Of a stretch of 64,000 nt of DNA, positions 19,846 to 27,715 are shown in pieces (the first letter of the stretch is position 1; every line of letters starts with the position of its first letter). The position numbers and the translations under genes are program-made. This stretch comes from Gemmatimonadales bacterium (GTDB taxonomy: Bacteria > Gemmatimonadota > Gemmatimonadetes > Gemmatimonadales > GWC2-71-9): NCBI GenBank assembly GCA_035279705.1, contig DATEHG010000011.1:248-64247 (forward strand). The letters run 5' to 3'. The notes beneath the pieces were generated by a model. That model saw only the letters and a list, made by a program, of their open reading frames with translations, did not search any database and was not told the origin of the DNA.

Positions 19846-21414
19846 ATGTCATCGCGCACACTGAACTGGCTCAAGTTCGGCGGGTTGGTTTCCCTGGCCT
19901 TCGTGCTGGGGCTTTTCTTTGCAGGATTGCTCAATCTCCCGTCCCGGTCAGCGGCGCAGGAGCGGGTGGTCCCGGCCTCGGTTGGGAGCGCCAAGGCGCT
20001 GCCGTCCTCCCAGGCGCTCCGCACGCTGGATGATCTGAGCGAGGCTTTCAGCTCGGTGGCCGAGAGCGTGAAGCCGAGCGTGGTCTACATCAAGGCGCAG
20101 CACACCGAGAAGGCCCAGACCCGCAAGGTGCCGCCCGGCATGGAGCAGTTCTTTCCGCATCTCAGGCAGGGGCCTGAAGTCGAGCAGGGCAGCGGCTCAG
20201 GGTTCATCGTCTCCAACGACGGCTACATCCTGACCAACAATCACGTGGTCGAGAATGCGGACCAGGTGACCGTGCGGCTGCTCGACCACCGGGAGTTCCG
20301 GGCCAAGGTCGTCGGCGCCGACCCCAATACCGACGTGGCCGTGCTCAAGATCGACGCGACCGGCCTCACGGCCGCCAATCTCGGCAACAGCGACAATGCG
20401 CACGTGGGCAGCTGGATCCTGGCCATCGGCAACCCGCTGGGCGAGGCGCTGACCTTCACCGTGACCTCGGGTATCGTGAGTGCCCGCGGGCGGCTGCTCA
20501 ACGACCTGCGGCGCTCGAGCGCGCCGATCCAGGACTTCATCCAGACCGACGCCGCGATCAATCCCGGCAATTCAGGCGGCCCGCTGGTCAATGTCCGCGG
20601 CGAGGTGATCGGGATCAACTCGGCCATCGCGAGCGAGAACGGGCTCAACGCCGGCTACGGCTTCGCCATTCCGATCAACCTGGCCCGCCGGGTGATGGAC
20701 CAGCTGATCGCCACCGGAAAGGTGCAGCGGGCGGCCCTGGGCATCGCGATCAACGACGCCTCGGCCACGGATGCCGCCTACGTGGGCCTCAAGGAGATCC
20801 GCGGAGTGAAGGTGGAGGACCTGCCCGATGATTCGCCGGCCAAGGCGGCGGGCATCGAGCCCGGCGACGTGATCATCGCGGTCGACGGGAAACAGATGGA
20901 CTACACCAGCCAGTTGCAGCAGGATATCGGCTTCCGGCGCCCTGGCGAGGTGGTCAAGGTGACCGTGGCCCGGAAGGGCGGCATCACCAAGACGTTCAGC
21001 ATCAAGCTGACCGAGCTCAAGGATGCGCCGCAGGTGGCCGCGAAGGGCAACGACAGCGACAATGACACCGCTCCGGACAAGGGCGCGGCAATCAGCCCGC
21101 TGGGGATCACGGTCCAGCCGCTGACCGCGGACATGGCCGACCAGCTCAACCTCGAGAGCACGATGAAGGGCCTGGTGGTGACGCAGGTCGAGCCCAACGG
21201 CCCGGCCTGGGAAGTGCTGAGCGACGGCACCCGAGGCGCCCCGCCGGACATCATCCTGTCAGTCGAAGGGAAGCCGGTCCGCACCGAGAGCGAGTTGCGT
21301 ACGGCGCTGCACGACGCCGGGAACGGCGCCATCGTGACGCTGCGGGTGTTCACCCCGACCCAGTCAGGCGGGGTGCGGCGGATTGAGCGGATCCAGCTGG
21401 TACCGGCCAAGTAG
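19846..21414 (+). CDS. Periplasmic serine endoprotease HtrA/DegP/DegQ family with two PDZ domains
   Basis: 522 aa. N-terminal anchor/signal and the catalytic triad context (TNNHVV, D...AVLKI, GNSGGPLVN). Two PDZ-like segments. Confidence 0.9.
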   Translation: MSSRTLNWLKFGGLVSLAFVLGLFFAGLLNLPSRSAAQERVVPASVGSAKALPSSQALRTLDDLSEAFSSVAESVKPSVVYIKAQHTEKAQTRKVPPGMEQFFPHLRQGPEVEQGSGSGFIVSNDGYILTNNHVVENADQVTVRLLDHREFRAKVVGADPNTDVAVLKIDATGLTAANLGNSDNAHVGSWILAIGNPLGEALTFTVTSGIVSARGRLLNDLRRSSAPIQDFIQTDAAINPGNSGGPLVNVRGEVIGINSAIASENGLNAGYGFAIPINLARRVMDQLIATGKVQRAALGIAINDASATDAAYVGLKEIRGVKVEDLPDDSPAKAAGIEPGDVIIAVDGKQMDYTSQLQQDIGFRRPGEVVKVTVARKGGITKTFSIKLTELKDAPQVAAKGNDSDNDTAPDKGAAISPLGITVQPLTADMADQLNLESTMKGLVVTQVEPNGPAWEVLSDGTRGAPPDIILSVEGKPVRTESELRTALHDAGNGAIVTLRVFTPTQSGGVRRIERIQLVPAK

Positions 21415-21437
21415 CAGAGTTCGATCCCCGACGACCG

Positions 21438-21468
21438 GCGCCCGCCCCCCGGCGGGCGCTTGTCGTTT
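21438..21468 (+). terminator. Candidate intrinsic terminator after htrA
   Basis: GCGCCCGCC-CCCC-GGCGGGCGC followed by TTGTCGTTT. Confidence 0.45.
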
Positions 21469-21516
21469 CGGGGCGGTCGGCCGTACATTCGCATCCAGCC
21501 CCAGAGGAGCCCCGGG

Positions 21517-22095
21517 ATGCGGTTGATGGACCGCTGGCCGACAACGCTGGTCGTTGCCTCGCTCCTCCTCGGAAGCGGGGTCTGCCGTCTTTCCGCCCAG
21601 GAAGAGTGGGCCGCCGCCGACCGTCAGACCCGCCGGCTCGCACCTGTCTCCTTTACCAAGATCCCCCAGAAGATCACCGAGGAGCTGGAGCGGCGGCGCT
21701 GCCTGATCCCGCAGGCGGGAGACGACACCATCCCTCACAGCGTGGTGAAGGGCTCCTTCTTCCGCGCGGGCCAGACGGACTATGCGGCGCTCTGCTCCCG
21801 GGCGCGGGCCTCGACGATCGTGGTCATCTGGGGAGGCCCCTCCGACTGCCCCGACGAGATGGAGGTCCGCCAGGACAAGAGCTACCTGCTCAAGGGCAGT
21901 GACGGGGTCATCCGTTACCTGCGCCGCATCGAGAGCATCGTGCCCAAGCGGATCAAGGCGCTGTTCGACCGCTACGGCGGCGATCCGCCGCCACCGCTCT
22001 CCCACGACGGGATCAACGACCGGTTTACCGGCAAGGGATCGGTGATCCGGTACTGTTACGACGGGAAGTGGCGGGAGCTGACAGGGGAGCAGTAG
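21517..22095 (+). CDS. Hypothetical secreted protein
   Basis: AGAGGAG lies before the ATG at 21517. Signal-like MRLMDRWPTTLVVASLLLGSGVCRLSAQ. Five Cys residues. No family recognised. Confidence 0.5.
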   Translation: MRLMDRWPTTLVVASLLLGSGVCRLSAQEEWAAADRQTRRLAPVSFTKIPQKITEELERRRCLIPQAGDDTIPHSVVKGSFFRAGQTDYAALCSRARASTIVVIWGGPSDCPDEMEVRQDKSYLLKGSDGVIRYLRRIESIVPKRIKALFDRYGGDPPPPLSHDGINDRFTGKGSVIRYCYDGKWRELTGEQ

Positions 22096-22175
<80 letters not shown>

Positions 22176-22195
22176 GGAATATCGACGGGTAGAAC

Positions 22196-22277
22196 GCGAG
22201 CGTGGCGGAACTGGCAGACGCGCAGGACTTAGGATCCTGTCCCGAAAGGGGTCCGGGTTCAACTCCCGGCGTTCGCA
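22196..22277 (+). tRNA. tRNA-Leu (anticodon UAG), class II with long variable arm, CCA not encoded
   Basis: Folded by hand. Acceptor GCGAGCG/CGTTCGC, anticodon stem CAGGA/TCCTG with loop CTTAGGA, variable arm CCC-GAAA-GGG, T arm CCGGG-TTCAACT-CCCGG. The D arm (GTGGCGGAACTGGCAGACGCGC) closely resembles E. coli tRNA-Leu. Confidence 0.9.
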
Positions 22278-22280
22278 TGC

Positions 22281-22312
22281 AAGCCGTAAGCTTTCAGCCA
22301 TAAGCCGTAAGC
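22281..22312 (+). repeat. Direct repeat AAGCCGTAAGC (x2, 10-nt spacer) downstream of tRNA-Leu
   Basis: Copies at 22281-22291 and 22302-22312. A third copy lies at 60969-60979. Confidence 0.8.
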
Positions 22313-22374
22313 CACTTCTTCGGCGAGACCCTGCCAACTCGAGCAGTTCCCTTCTCCTTTCTCCATTCTCCTTT

Positions 22375-23622
22375 CTACGTTTTGAGTACGTCAAGCAGTC
22401 TCTCGACGTCGGCCATGTCGTTGAACACCGATGGTGAGACACGCATGCGGTGGCCCGCCAGACTCACCTGAACATTCGCCTTCGACAATCGCTCCGCGTA
22501 GTCCCGCTCCGCATCCTTCCGGTGAAACGCAATCAGCGCCGAGGTGCAGTCCGCCGGGGTGATCGGCGCGAAACCGAGCCGCGGCATCTCCGCGTGCAGG
22601 CGGGCGAGGAGCGGCTGGCGATGGGCTTCGATCTGCTTCACGCCGAGGGATTCGAGGTACGGCAGTGAGAAGTTGAGGCAGTGCGCGGCGGACTGGGCAA
22701 AGCTGCCCACCTCGAAATGACCAGTCCCGTCCGGCCGCATCGACCAGGTAACGGGCCAATCGGCCGGCGCTTCCTCGGGTAGATAGTGCATCGCGGTCTC
22801 GGCCTGCTGATAGCCCGTCTGGGTCCGACGAATCACCCGGTCCAGCAGCTCCTCCTTCACATAGAGGAAGCCGAGGCCGAAGTCGCCCATGAGCCATTTA
22901 AAGGAGGAGCAGGCCCCGAAGTCGAGCCCTGTGGCGCGCACGTCGATGGGAGTGTTCCCGGCGGCCTGCACCAGGTCGGCGTAGACGTAAGCACCCTTCC
23001 GGTGGGCGAGGTCGCACACCGCCTTGAGATCATGCTGAAACCCGTTGTACCAGGACACCAGCGAGAGCATTACCAGCCTGGTCTTGCGGTCGAGGGCGTG
23101 TTCGATGTCCTCCAGGTGGATCCGCCAGTCCCGCGCAGCCACCATCCGCACATCGAGACCCTTGTTCAGGAGTTCTCCCAGCATGACCATCGACCCTTCG
23201 AAGTGAAGGGTATCGGTGACCACGTTGTGCTCGTGGTCGGGAAGCCCGACGCCGCGGAGCACCAGATTTTCCCCGGTACTGGTGTTGGGAACCAGGGCGA
23301 TTTCGGCGGGCCGCGCGTTGATCAGCCGGGCAAAGGCCGCCTTGATCTGCTCCGCGACCGCATCACCACTCTGGCGCGGCTCGCGCAGGCCGCGCTGATC
23401 GAGGTAGTGCCGGGCGGCGGCGGACGCACCCAGCGGCATCGGGTGGATGAAGGCACTGTTGAGATAGGTAAGGTCAGCGGGAATCGAGAAGCTGGCCTTG
23501 TCGGGGAGGGGACCCGTCATGACTGAAGGGTAGTCGAGTGCCGGCCATGCCGGCCGGGACACCGCCGCAGCGAGTCCCGCACCCCCGAGGCCGGCGAGGA
23601 GTTCGCGGCGTGAGAGCGTCAT
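22375..23622 (-). CDS. Class V aminotransferase-fold PLP-dependent enzyme with twin-arginine (Tat) signal peptide
   Basis: 415 aa. N-terminal MTLSRRELLAGLGGAGLAAAVSRPAWPA. Class-V fold pattern with the PLP-Lys context ACSSFKWLMG. Confidence 0.8.
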   Translation of the reverse strand: MTLSRRELLAGLGGAGLAAAVSRPAWPALDYPSVMTGPLPDKASFSIPADLTYLNSAFIHPMPLGASAAARHYLDQRGLREPRQSGDAVAEQIKAAFARLINARPAEIALVPNTSTGENLVLRGVGLPDHEHNVVTDTLHFEGSMVMLGELLNKGLDVRMVAARDWRIHLEDIEHALDRKTRLVMLSLVSWYNGFQHDLKAVCDLAHRKGAYVYADLVQAAGNTPIDVRATGLDFGACSSFKWLMGDFGLGFLYVKEELLDRVIRRTQTGYQQAETAMHYLPEEAPADWPVTWSMRPDGTGHFEVGSFAQSAAHCLNFSLPYLESLGVKQIEAHRQPLLARLHAEMPRLGFAPITPADCTSALIAFHRKDAERDYAERLSKANVQVSLAGHRMRVSPSVFNDMADVERLLDVLKT

Positions 23623-23669
23623 GCATTGAACATGACGCCCTCACCGCACTTGTCCAGCAAGACCTCCTG

Positions 23670-24221
23670 TCAGCGACCGGCGGCTGCCGGGGTTGGAATG
23701 GTGGCCACGAACAGCTGCAGCTCGGTTGATTCGTGGTTATCGAGATCGATGCCGCAGGCCGAATTGGTGAAGTTGGTCGCCGACGCCCCCGCAATGAGGT
23801 CGTAGGTCCCCGCGGCGAGGCCGGTGAAGCTGAAATGCCCCTGGTCGTCGCTGGTAACAATCCCAACGGTGTCGGCCGAAGTTCCGCAACCGCCCGGAGG
23901 GGGATTGCCCGAGCCACCGGAACTGGTGTCCGCCCCGCCATCAAACGCCAGGATGCCCGACCGTGGCCGGAGCACCGTCAGCACCGTCGAATCAGGTGGA
24001 ACCACTCCACCCCCGCTCGAGCCCTTGAGGAGCGTCAACCTGACCCCCGCTACGCTGACGTAGTGGCTGTCCGGCTTCATGTCGAGGGTGACAATCTGGC
24101 CGCTGATGCTGCGCGTCCCCCCTTCCCCGCTGTTCTTCTGCAGCCCCGCCTCGGGCGAGGTGCCGTCCCGGCAGCCGGCCGCCAGCGCCAGGCCGAGCAC
24201 TACTCCCCACTGAAACCGCAT
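23670..24221 (-). CDS. Lipoprotein with carboxypeptidase-regulatory-like (CarboxypepD_reg) beta-sandwich segments
   Basis: The ATG at 24221 gives MRFQWGVVLGLALAAGC (lipobox). Contains ISGQIVTLD... and TSDDQGHFSFTGLAAGTYDL patterns. Confidence 0.55.
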   Translation of the reverse strand: MRFQWGVVLGLALAAGCRDGTSPEAGLQKNSGEGGTRSISGQIVTLDMKPDSHYVSVAGVRLTLLKGSSGGGVVPPDSTVLTVLRPRSGILAFDGGADTSSGGSGNPPPGGCGTSADTVGIVTSDDQGHFSFTGLAAGTYDLIAGASATNFTNSACGIDLDNHESTELQLFVATIPTPAAAGR

Positions 24222-24334
24222 ACCACCTCCGATGAGTCGCTGGTGCACGCGCGGCCCGCGTGGGCCACCCGGTCCCGGCCGGCGTCTCCAGCCGTCGAGT
24301 GGCCACCCCATACGACCCTGCCGGCCCCGCCGGC

Positions 24335-24346
24335 GTCACATGTGAC
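24335..24346. promoter_or_regulatory. Perfect 12-bp palindrome GTCACATGTGAC upstream of the ECF sigma gene
   Basis: Read directly. Lies 30 bp before the ATG at 24376. The flanking CCGGCGTCACA 11-mer is identical to 7809-7819 upstream of the porin gene. Confidence 0.4.
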
Positions 24347-24375
24347 CTTGGCGGATGGAGCGGGGTCTATCGACG

Positions 24376-24915
24376 ATGAGCGAGACCGACCTGGAGCTGG
24401 CGCGGAGGGCCCGGCGGGGCGACCTGACCGCCTTTGGCACACTGATCAGCCGCCACCGGCTCGGACTGGAACGCTATGCCCTGCACCTCCTCGGCCAGCG
24501 GGAAGACGCCGAGGAAGCGCTGCAGGATACCCTGGTGAGGGCCTGGCGGTCGATCGGACAGTGCGCCCATCCCGACCGGTTCAAGGCCTGGCTGGTCCGG
24601 ATCCTGGTCAATCGGTGCCGCACGGCGCTGGTCCGGCGTGGACCCCAGGTGCGGCGGATGGCCGACGAGGAGGCGCTGACCCGCGTCTCGGTGGATCATC
24701 CGGCCCAGGGCGACGGCTGGCCCGACGAAATTCACAGGGCGCTGGAAACGCTTTCGATCGACGCGAGGGAGGCCTTTCTGCTCAAGCACGTCGAAGGGTT
24801 CAGCTACGAGGAGATGGTGGCGCTGACCGGCGCCTCGGTCCCGGCCCTCAAGATGCGGGTGAGCCGAGCCTGCGAGCAGCTCCGGGTGCAGCTGGAGAAT
24901 GGAGCCTATGACTGA
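24376..24915 (+). CDS. ECF (sigma-70 family, RpoE-like) RNA polymerase sigma factor
   Basis: Region 2 (FGTLISRHRLGLERYALHLLG...EDAEEALQDTLVRAW) and region 4 (EAFLLKHVEGFSYEEMVALTGASVPALKMRVSRA) are both recognisable. Confidence 0.85.
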   Translation: MSETDLELARRARRGDLTAFGTLISRHRLGLERYALHLLGQREDAEEALQDTLVRAWRSIGQCAHPDRFKAWLVRILVNRCRTALVRRGPQVRRMADEEALTRVSVDHPAQGDGWPDEIHRALETLSIDAREAFLLKHVEGFSYEEMVALTGASVPALKMRVSRACEQLRVQLENGAYD

Positions 24916-25390
24916 CCAACCCGACGAACCTGCCGGCGATTCGAAGCTTGGCCTGGCCATCGCCGAACTGCGGCGGCCGGTGAAATTGCCCGGTGATCCG
25001 GTCAACCGCACGCTGGAACGCCTGGCGCGGGACTCCCGCCATCGCTGGCAGACGCCCCTGCTGGCCGGTCTCGGAATCGCCGCGACGTTCGCACTGCTGG
25101 TCCTCAGTCATCAGGACCGCCAGCCGCCCAGTCGCGGGCGGGCGGTGCGATTCGCCCTGCAGTCGCAGGCGCAGCAGGTGGCGCTCATCGGCGACTTCAA
25201 TGATTGGGATCCCTCGGCAACGCCACTGACCCGCCAGGGAGGGGAATGGTCGGCCACGGTTGCCCTCAAGCCTGGCCGGTACCGCTACGCCTTCCTGGTG
25301 AATGGAAACCAGCTGGAGGCGGACCCGGCCGGTCCTGCCGCGACCGACGAATTCGGCGGGCCTGCGTCCGCCGTTACGGTGGCCAATTGA
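24899..25390 (+). CDS. Single-pass membrane protein in the anti-sigma position with a C-terminal CBM48/AMPK-beta glycogen-binding-like (E-set) domain
   Basis: Overlaps the sigma gene stop. One TM segment (LLAGLGIAATFALLVL). C-terminal ...VALIGDFNDWDP...GEWSATVALKPGRYRYAFLVNGNQLEADP. No zinc-binding HxxxCxxC motif. Confidence 0.6.
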   Translation: MEPMTDQPDEPAGDSKLGLAIAELRRPVKLPGDPVNRTLERLARDSRHRWQTPLLAGLGIAATFALLVLSHQDRQPPSRGRAVRFALQSQAQQVALIGDFNDWDPSATPLTRQGGEWSATVALKPGRYRYAFLVNGNQLEADPAGPAATDEFGGPASAVTVAN

Positions 25391-25983
25391 GGCAGATACA
25401 CCTGACGGTCCTCGCACTCGGGCTGCTGCTCGCACCGGGAGTGACGATGGCACAGGATCCACGACTGGCCGACCGGCTCCCCGCGGGTACGGCCGCGGCA
25501 GTCCAGCGCGTCGTCGACAGCGCCGGTACCGATTCGATACCGGCCGAGCCGCTGATCCGAAAAGCGCTCGAGGGCCAGAGCAAGGGCGCCGACTCGGCGC
25601 GGATCGTCGCCGCGGTCAGGACACTCGCCGGCAATCTCGCCACGGCGCGCGGTGCGCTCGGACCGACGGCACAGGAATCGGAGCTGGTCGCGGGTGCCGC
25701 GGCATTGCGCGCGGGCGCGCCGGCCGCTAGCCTGGCCGCGCTGCGAGGCCTCCGGAAGAAAGGACCGCTGGCCGTGCCGCTCAGTGTCTACGCCGACCTG
25801 CTGAGCAGCGGGCTGCCGCCCGACCGGGCGTGGGACGAGGTCCGCACGCTGGCCTCCCGCAATGTGCCCGACAGCGAATTCCTGGCGCTCAGGGACCGGG
25901 TCACCGGTCGGGCTGCTCCCGCCAGCACACCGCTGCCGCCGGAGCCGCGCGCCCCACCCGATCCCCTGGATCCCTCGCCATGA
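25387..25983 (+). CDS. Hypothetical secreted alpha-helical protein (third gene of the ECF module)
   Basis: TTG at 25387 overlaps the upstream stop (TTGA). Signal-like LRQIHLTVLALGLLLAPGVTMAQ. Pro-rich tail. Confidence 0.5.
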   Translation: MRQIHLTVLALGLLLAPGVTMAQDPRLADRLPAGTAAAVQRVVDSAGTDSIPAEPLIRKALEGQSKGADSARIVAAVRTLAGNLATARGALGPTAQESELVAGAAALRAGAPAASLAALRGLRKKGPLAVPLSVYADLLSSGLPPDRAWDEVRTLASRNVPDSEFLALRDRVTGRAAPASTPLPPEPRAPPDPLDPSP

Positions 25984-27173
25984 GACTGGCCTCGCGCCTC
26001 TCCGGGGTCCTGCTTGCGGTGCTGACCGGGCCGCTCGCTGCCCAGGTCCAGGGGCATGTGGATCTTGGTATGGGTGGCGCGCCGCTCGCCGGATCGGGAG
26101 TGGCCTCGCTCTGGGCGGTGGCGCCCGCCTTTCGCTGGGAACCCGCCCGCTTTCGCATCGACGGGAACGGCGAATACCGTGACTTCGGGGCGGCCGGGCA
26201 TGCCTGGTCTGGTGCGGCCAGTCTTTCCTGGTTTGTCCCTGCGGGACGCACGCTGCTGTTCGAGGCCAATGGGGCCGGCGAGGGCCGGCAGAATCCGGGA
26301 CTCCCCGGGGCCGTCACGTGGGATGCCGGGGCGCGCCTGCACCTCCGCAGCACCACCACCGGCGCGTGGCTCGGCCTCCGCGGCGGTCGTGATCGACTGG
26401 GCGCCCTGGAGCGCTGGGAGGTGGGTCTCTGGCGAAACCTGGGGCCGCTGTCGCTCCAGCTGCAGGGCCAGCGCACCTCGGGCGGGCTGCTCACCGGCTC
26501 GGGCGCCTCACCGATCGCGGACACGCTGGCCCGGCCCGACACGAACAGTGGGCAGACGCGAGTTCGGATCACCACCGATTTCGGCATGTGGGTGGGATGG
26601 AGCCTCGGCCGCCTGCAGCTCCGGGGCGGCCTCGGTTTGCGGGTGGGCCAGGCCGAACCGGCCAACTCGGGAACACTGGCTGATACGCCGCTCTCGGTTG
26701 CGACCGCGCGCTACAACTGGTGGACTGCCGAGGGCACCTACTGGCTGAGCGACAGGGTGGGGTTCACCGGAACCATCGGCACCCAGCCGCCCAATCCGTC
26801 CCTCTTTGTCTCGGGGGGGCAATTCATGCGCCTCTCGATCCGGGTGGCTCTCGATCGCCGAGGCGAGCGGGCGGCCCTCGAGGCACCGGCCGCGCCGGAG
26901 GGTCTCAAGGTGCGGCGCTCGGGCATCGAGGTCGAGTTTGCGCTGCCGGTGCCGCTCGCGAGCCGCGTAGAATTGATGGGCGACTTCACCGATTGGCAGC
27001 CCGTGGCGCTGGAACGGGGGGCAGACGGCAAGTGGCGCACCCGCCTGCTGGTGAGTCCGGGCGTGCACTATCTCGATGTGCGCTATGACGGCAGCGAGTG
27101 GCGGGCGCCGCCGGGCGCCCGCGTCGTGCGGGACGAGTTCGGCAAGGAGAGCGGGGTCATCCTCATCGAATGA
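25980..27173 (+). CDS. Putative outer-membrane beta-barrel protein with a C-terminal CBM48/AMPK-beta-like domain
   Basis: ATG at 25980 overlaps the upstream stop (ATGA). Signal MRLASRLSGVLLAVLTGPLAAQ, then about 300 aa with an alternating-strand pattern, then ...VELMGDFTDWQPVAL...GKWRTRLLVSPGVHYLDVRYDGSEW. Confidence 0.55.
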   Translation: MRLASRLSGVLLAVLTGPLAAQVQGHVDLGMGGAPLAGSGVASLWAVAPAFRWEPARFRIDGNGEYRDFGAAGHAWSGAASLSWFVPAGRTLLFEANGAGEGRQNPGLPGAVTWDAGARLHLRSTTTGAWLGLRGGRDRLGALERWEVGLWRNLGPLSLQLQGQRTSGGLLTGSGASPIADTLARPDTNSGQTRVRITTDFGMWVGWSLGRLQLRGGLGLRVGQAEPANSGTLADTPLSVATARYNWWTAEGTYWLSDRVGFTGTIGTQPPNPSLFVSGGQFMRLSIRVALDRRGERAALEAPAAPEGLKVRRSGIEVEFALPVPLASRVELMGDFTDWQPVALERGADGKWRTRLLVSPGVHYLDVRYDGSEWRAPPGARVVRDEFGKESGVILIE

Positions 27174-27185
27174 CCCGCGGGCGGG

Positions 27186-27575
27186 CTAGCGCGCCGCCTG
27201 GCCCGTGCGGGCGAGCAGCGCCACGCGGACGGCGTCGACCACCAGCCGGAAATCATTGAGCTTGGAAATGAGGGGCACCCCGCGCGCCTCGATCGGAGCG
27301 TGCACGTCGGGATCGCGGGCGGCCCCGGTGAGAAAAACCACCCGGCGGGCCAGGTGGGGGGCCCGGGCCACGATGGTGTCGTACAGCAGGACTCCGTTCA
27401 TTCCCGGCATCAGTACATCACTCACGACGGCATCCACCGGCTCGGGCGCTTCGAGGAGCCCCAGGGCATCTGCCGACGACCCGGCAGTCACCACGTCATA
27501 GCCGGCCCGGGCCAGGAATCCGCTCAGGGTACGGACCACCGACGGCTCATCGTCCACCACGAGGATTCTTGGCAT
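27186..27575 (-). CDS. Stand-alone response regulator receiver (CheY-like)
   Basis: 129 aa: MPRILVVDDEPSV...VVSDVLMPGMNG...FLTG... Confidence 0.85.
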   Translation of the reverse strand: MPRILVVDDEPSVVRTLSGFLARAGYDVVTAGSSADALGLLEAPEPVDAVVSDVLMPGMNGVLLYDTIVARAPHLARRVVFLTGAARDPDVHAPIEARGVPLISKLNDFRLVVDAVRVALLARTGQAAR

Positions 27576-27715
27576 GGCTCAAGTACCGCCGGGGGCTCCC
27601 GGGGGTCAAGAGGCGCGCCCCGGAAGCCGACTTTACGCTCCGTCCGCGAACCGGGTAAATTCCCGCCCGGTTGCCGGTAGCGTACCGGCGGCACGACTCC
27701 AGCCGGCCCATCAGA

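Noticed and set aside
22196-24300. Integrative element or genomic island at tRNA-Leu
   Set aside because: There is no integrase, excisionase, transposase or phage-like gene, and no direct repeat of the tRNA 3' end downstream. The flanking genes are ordinary GC-rich genes.
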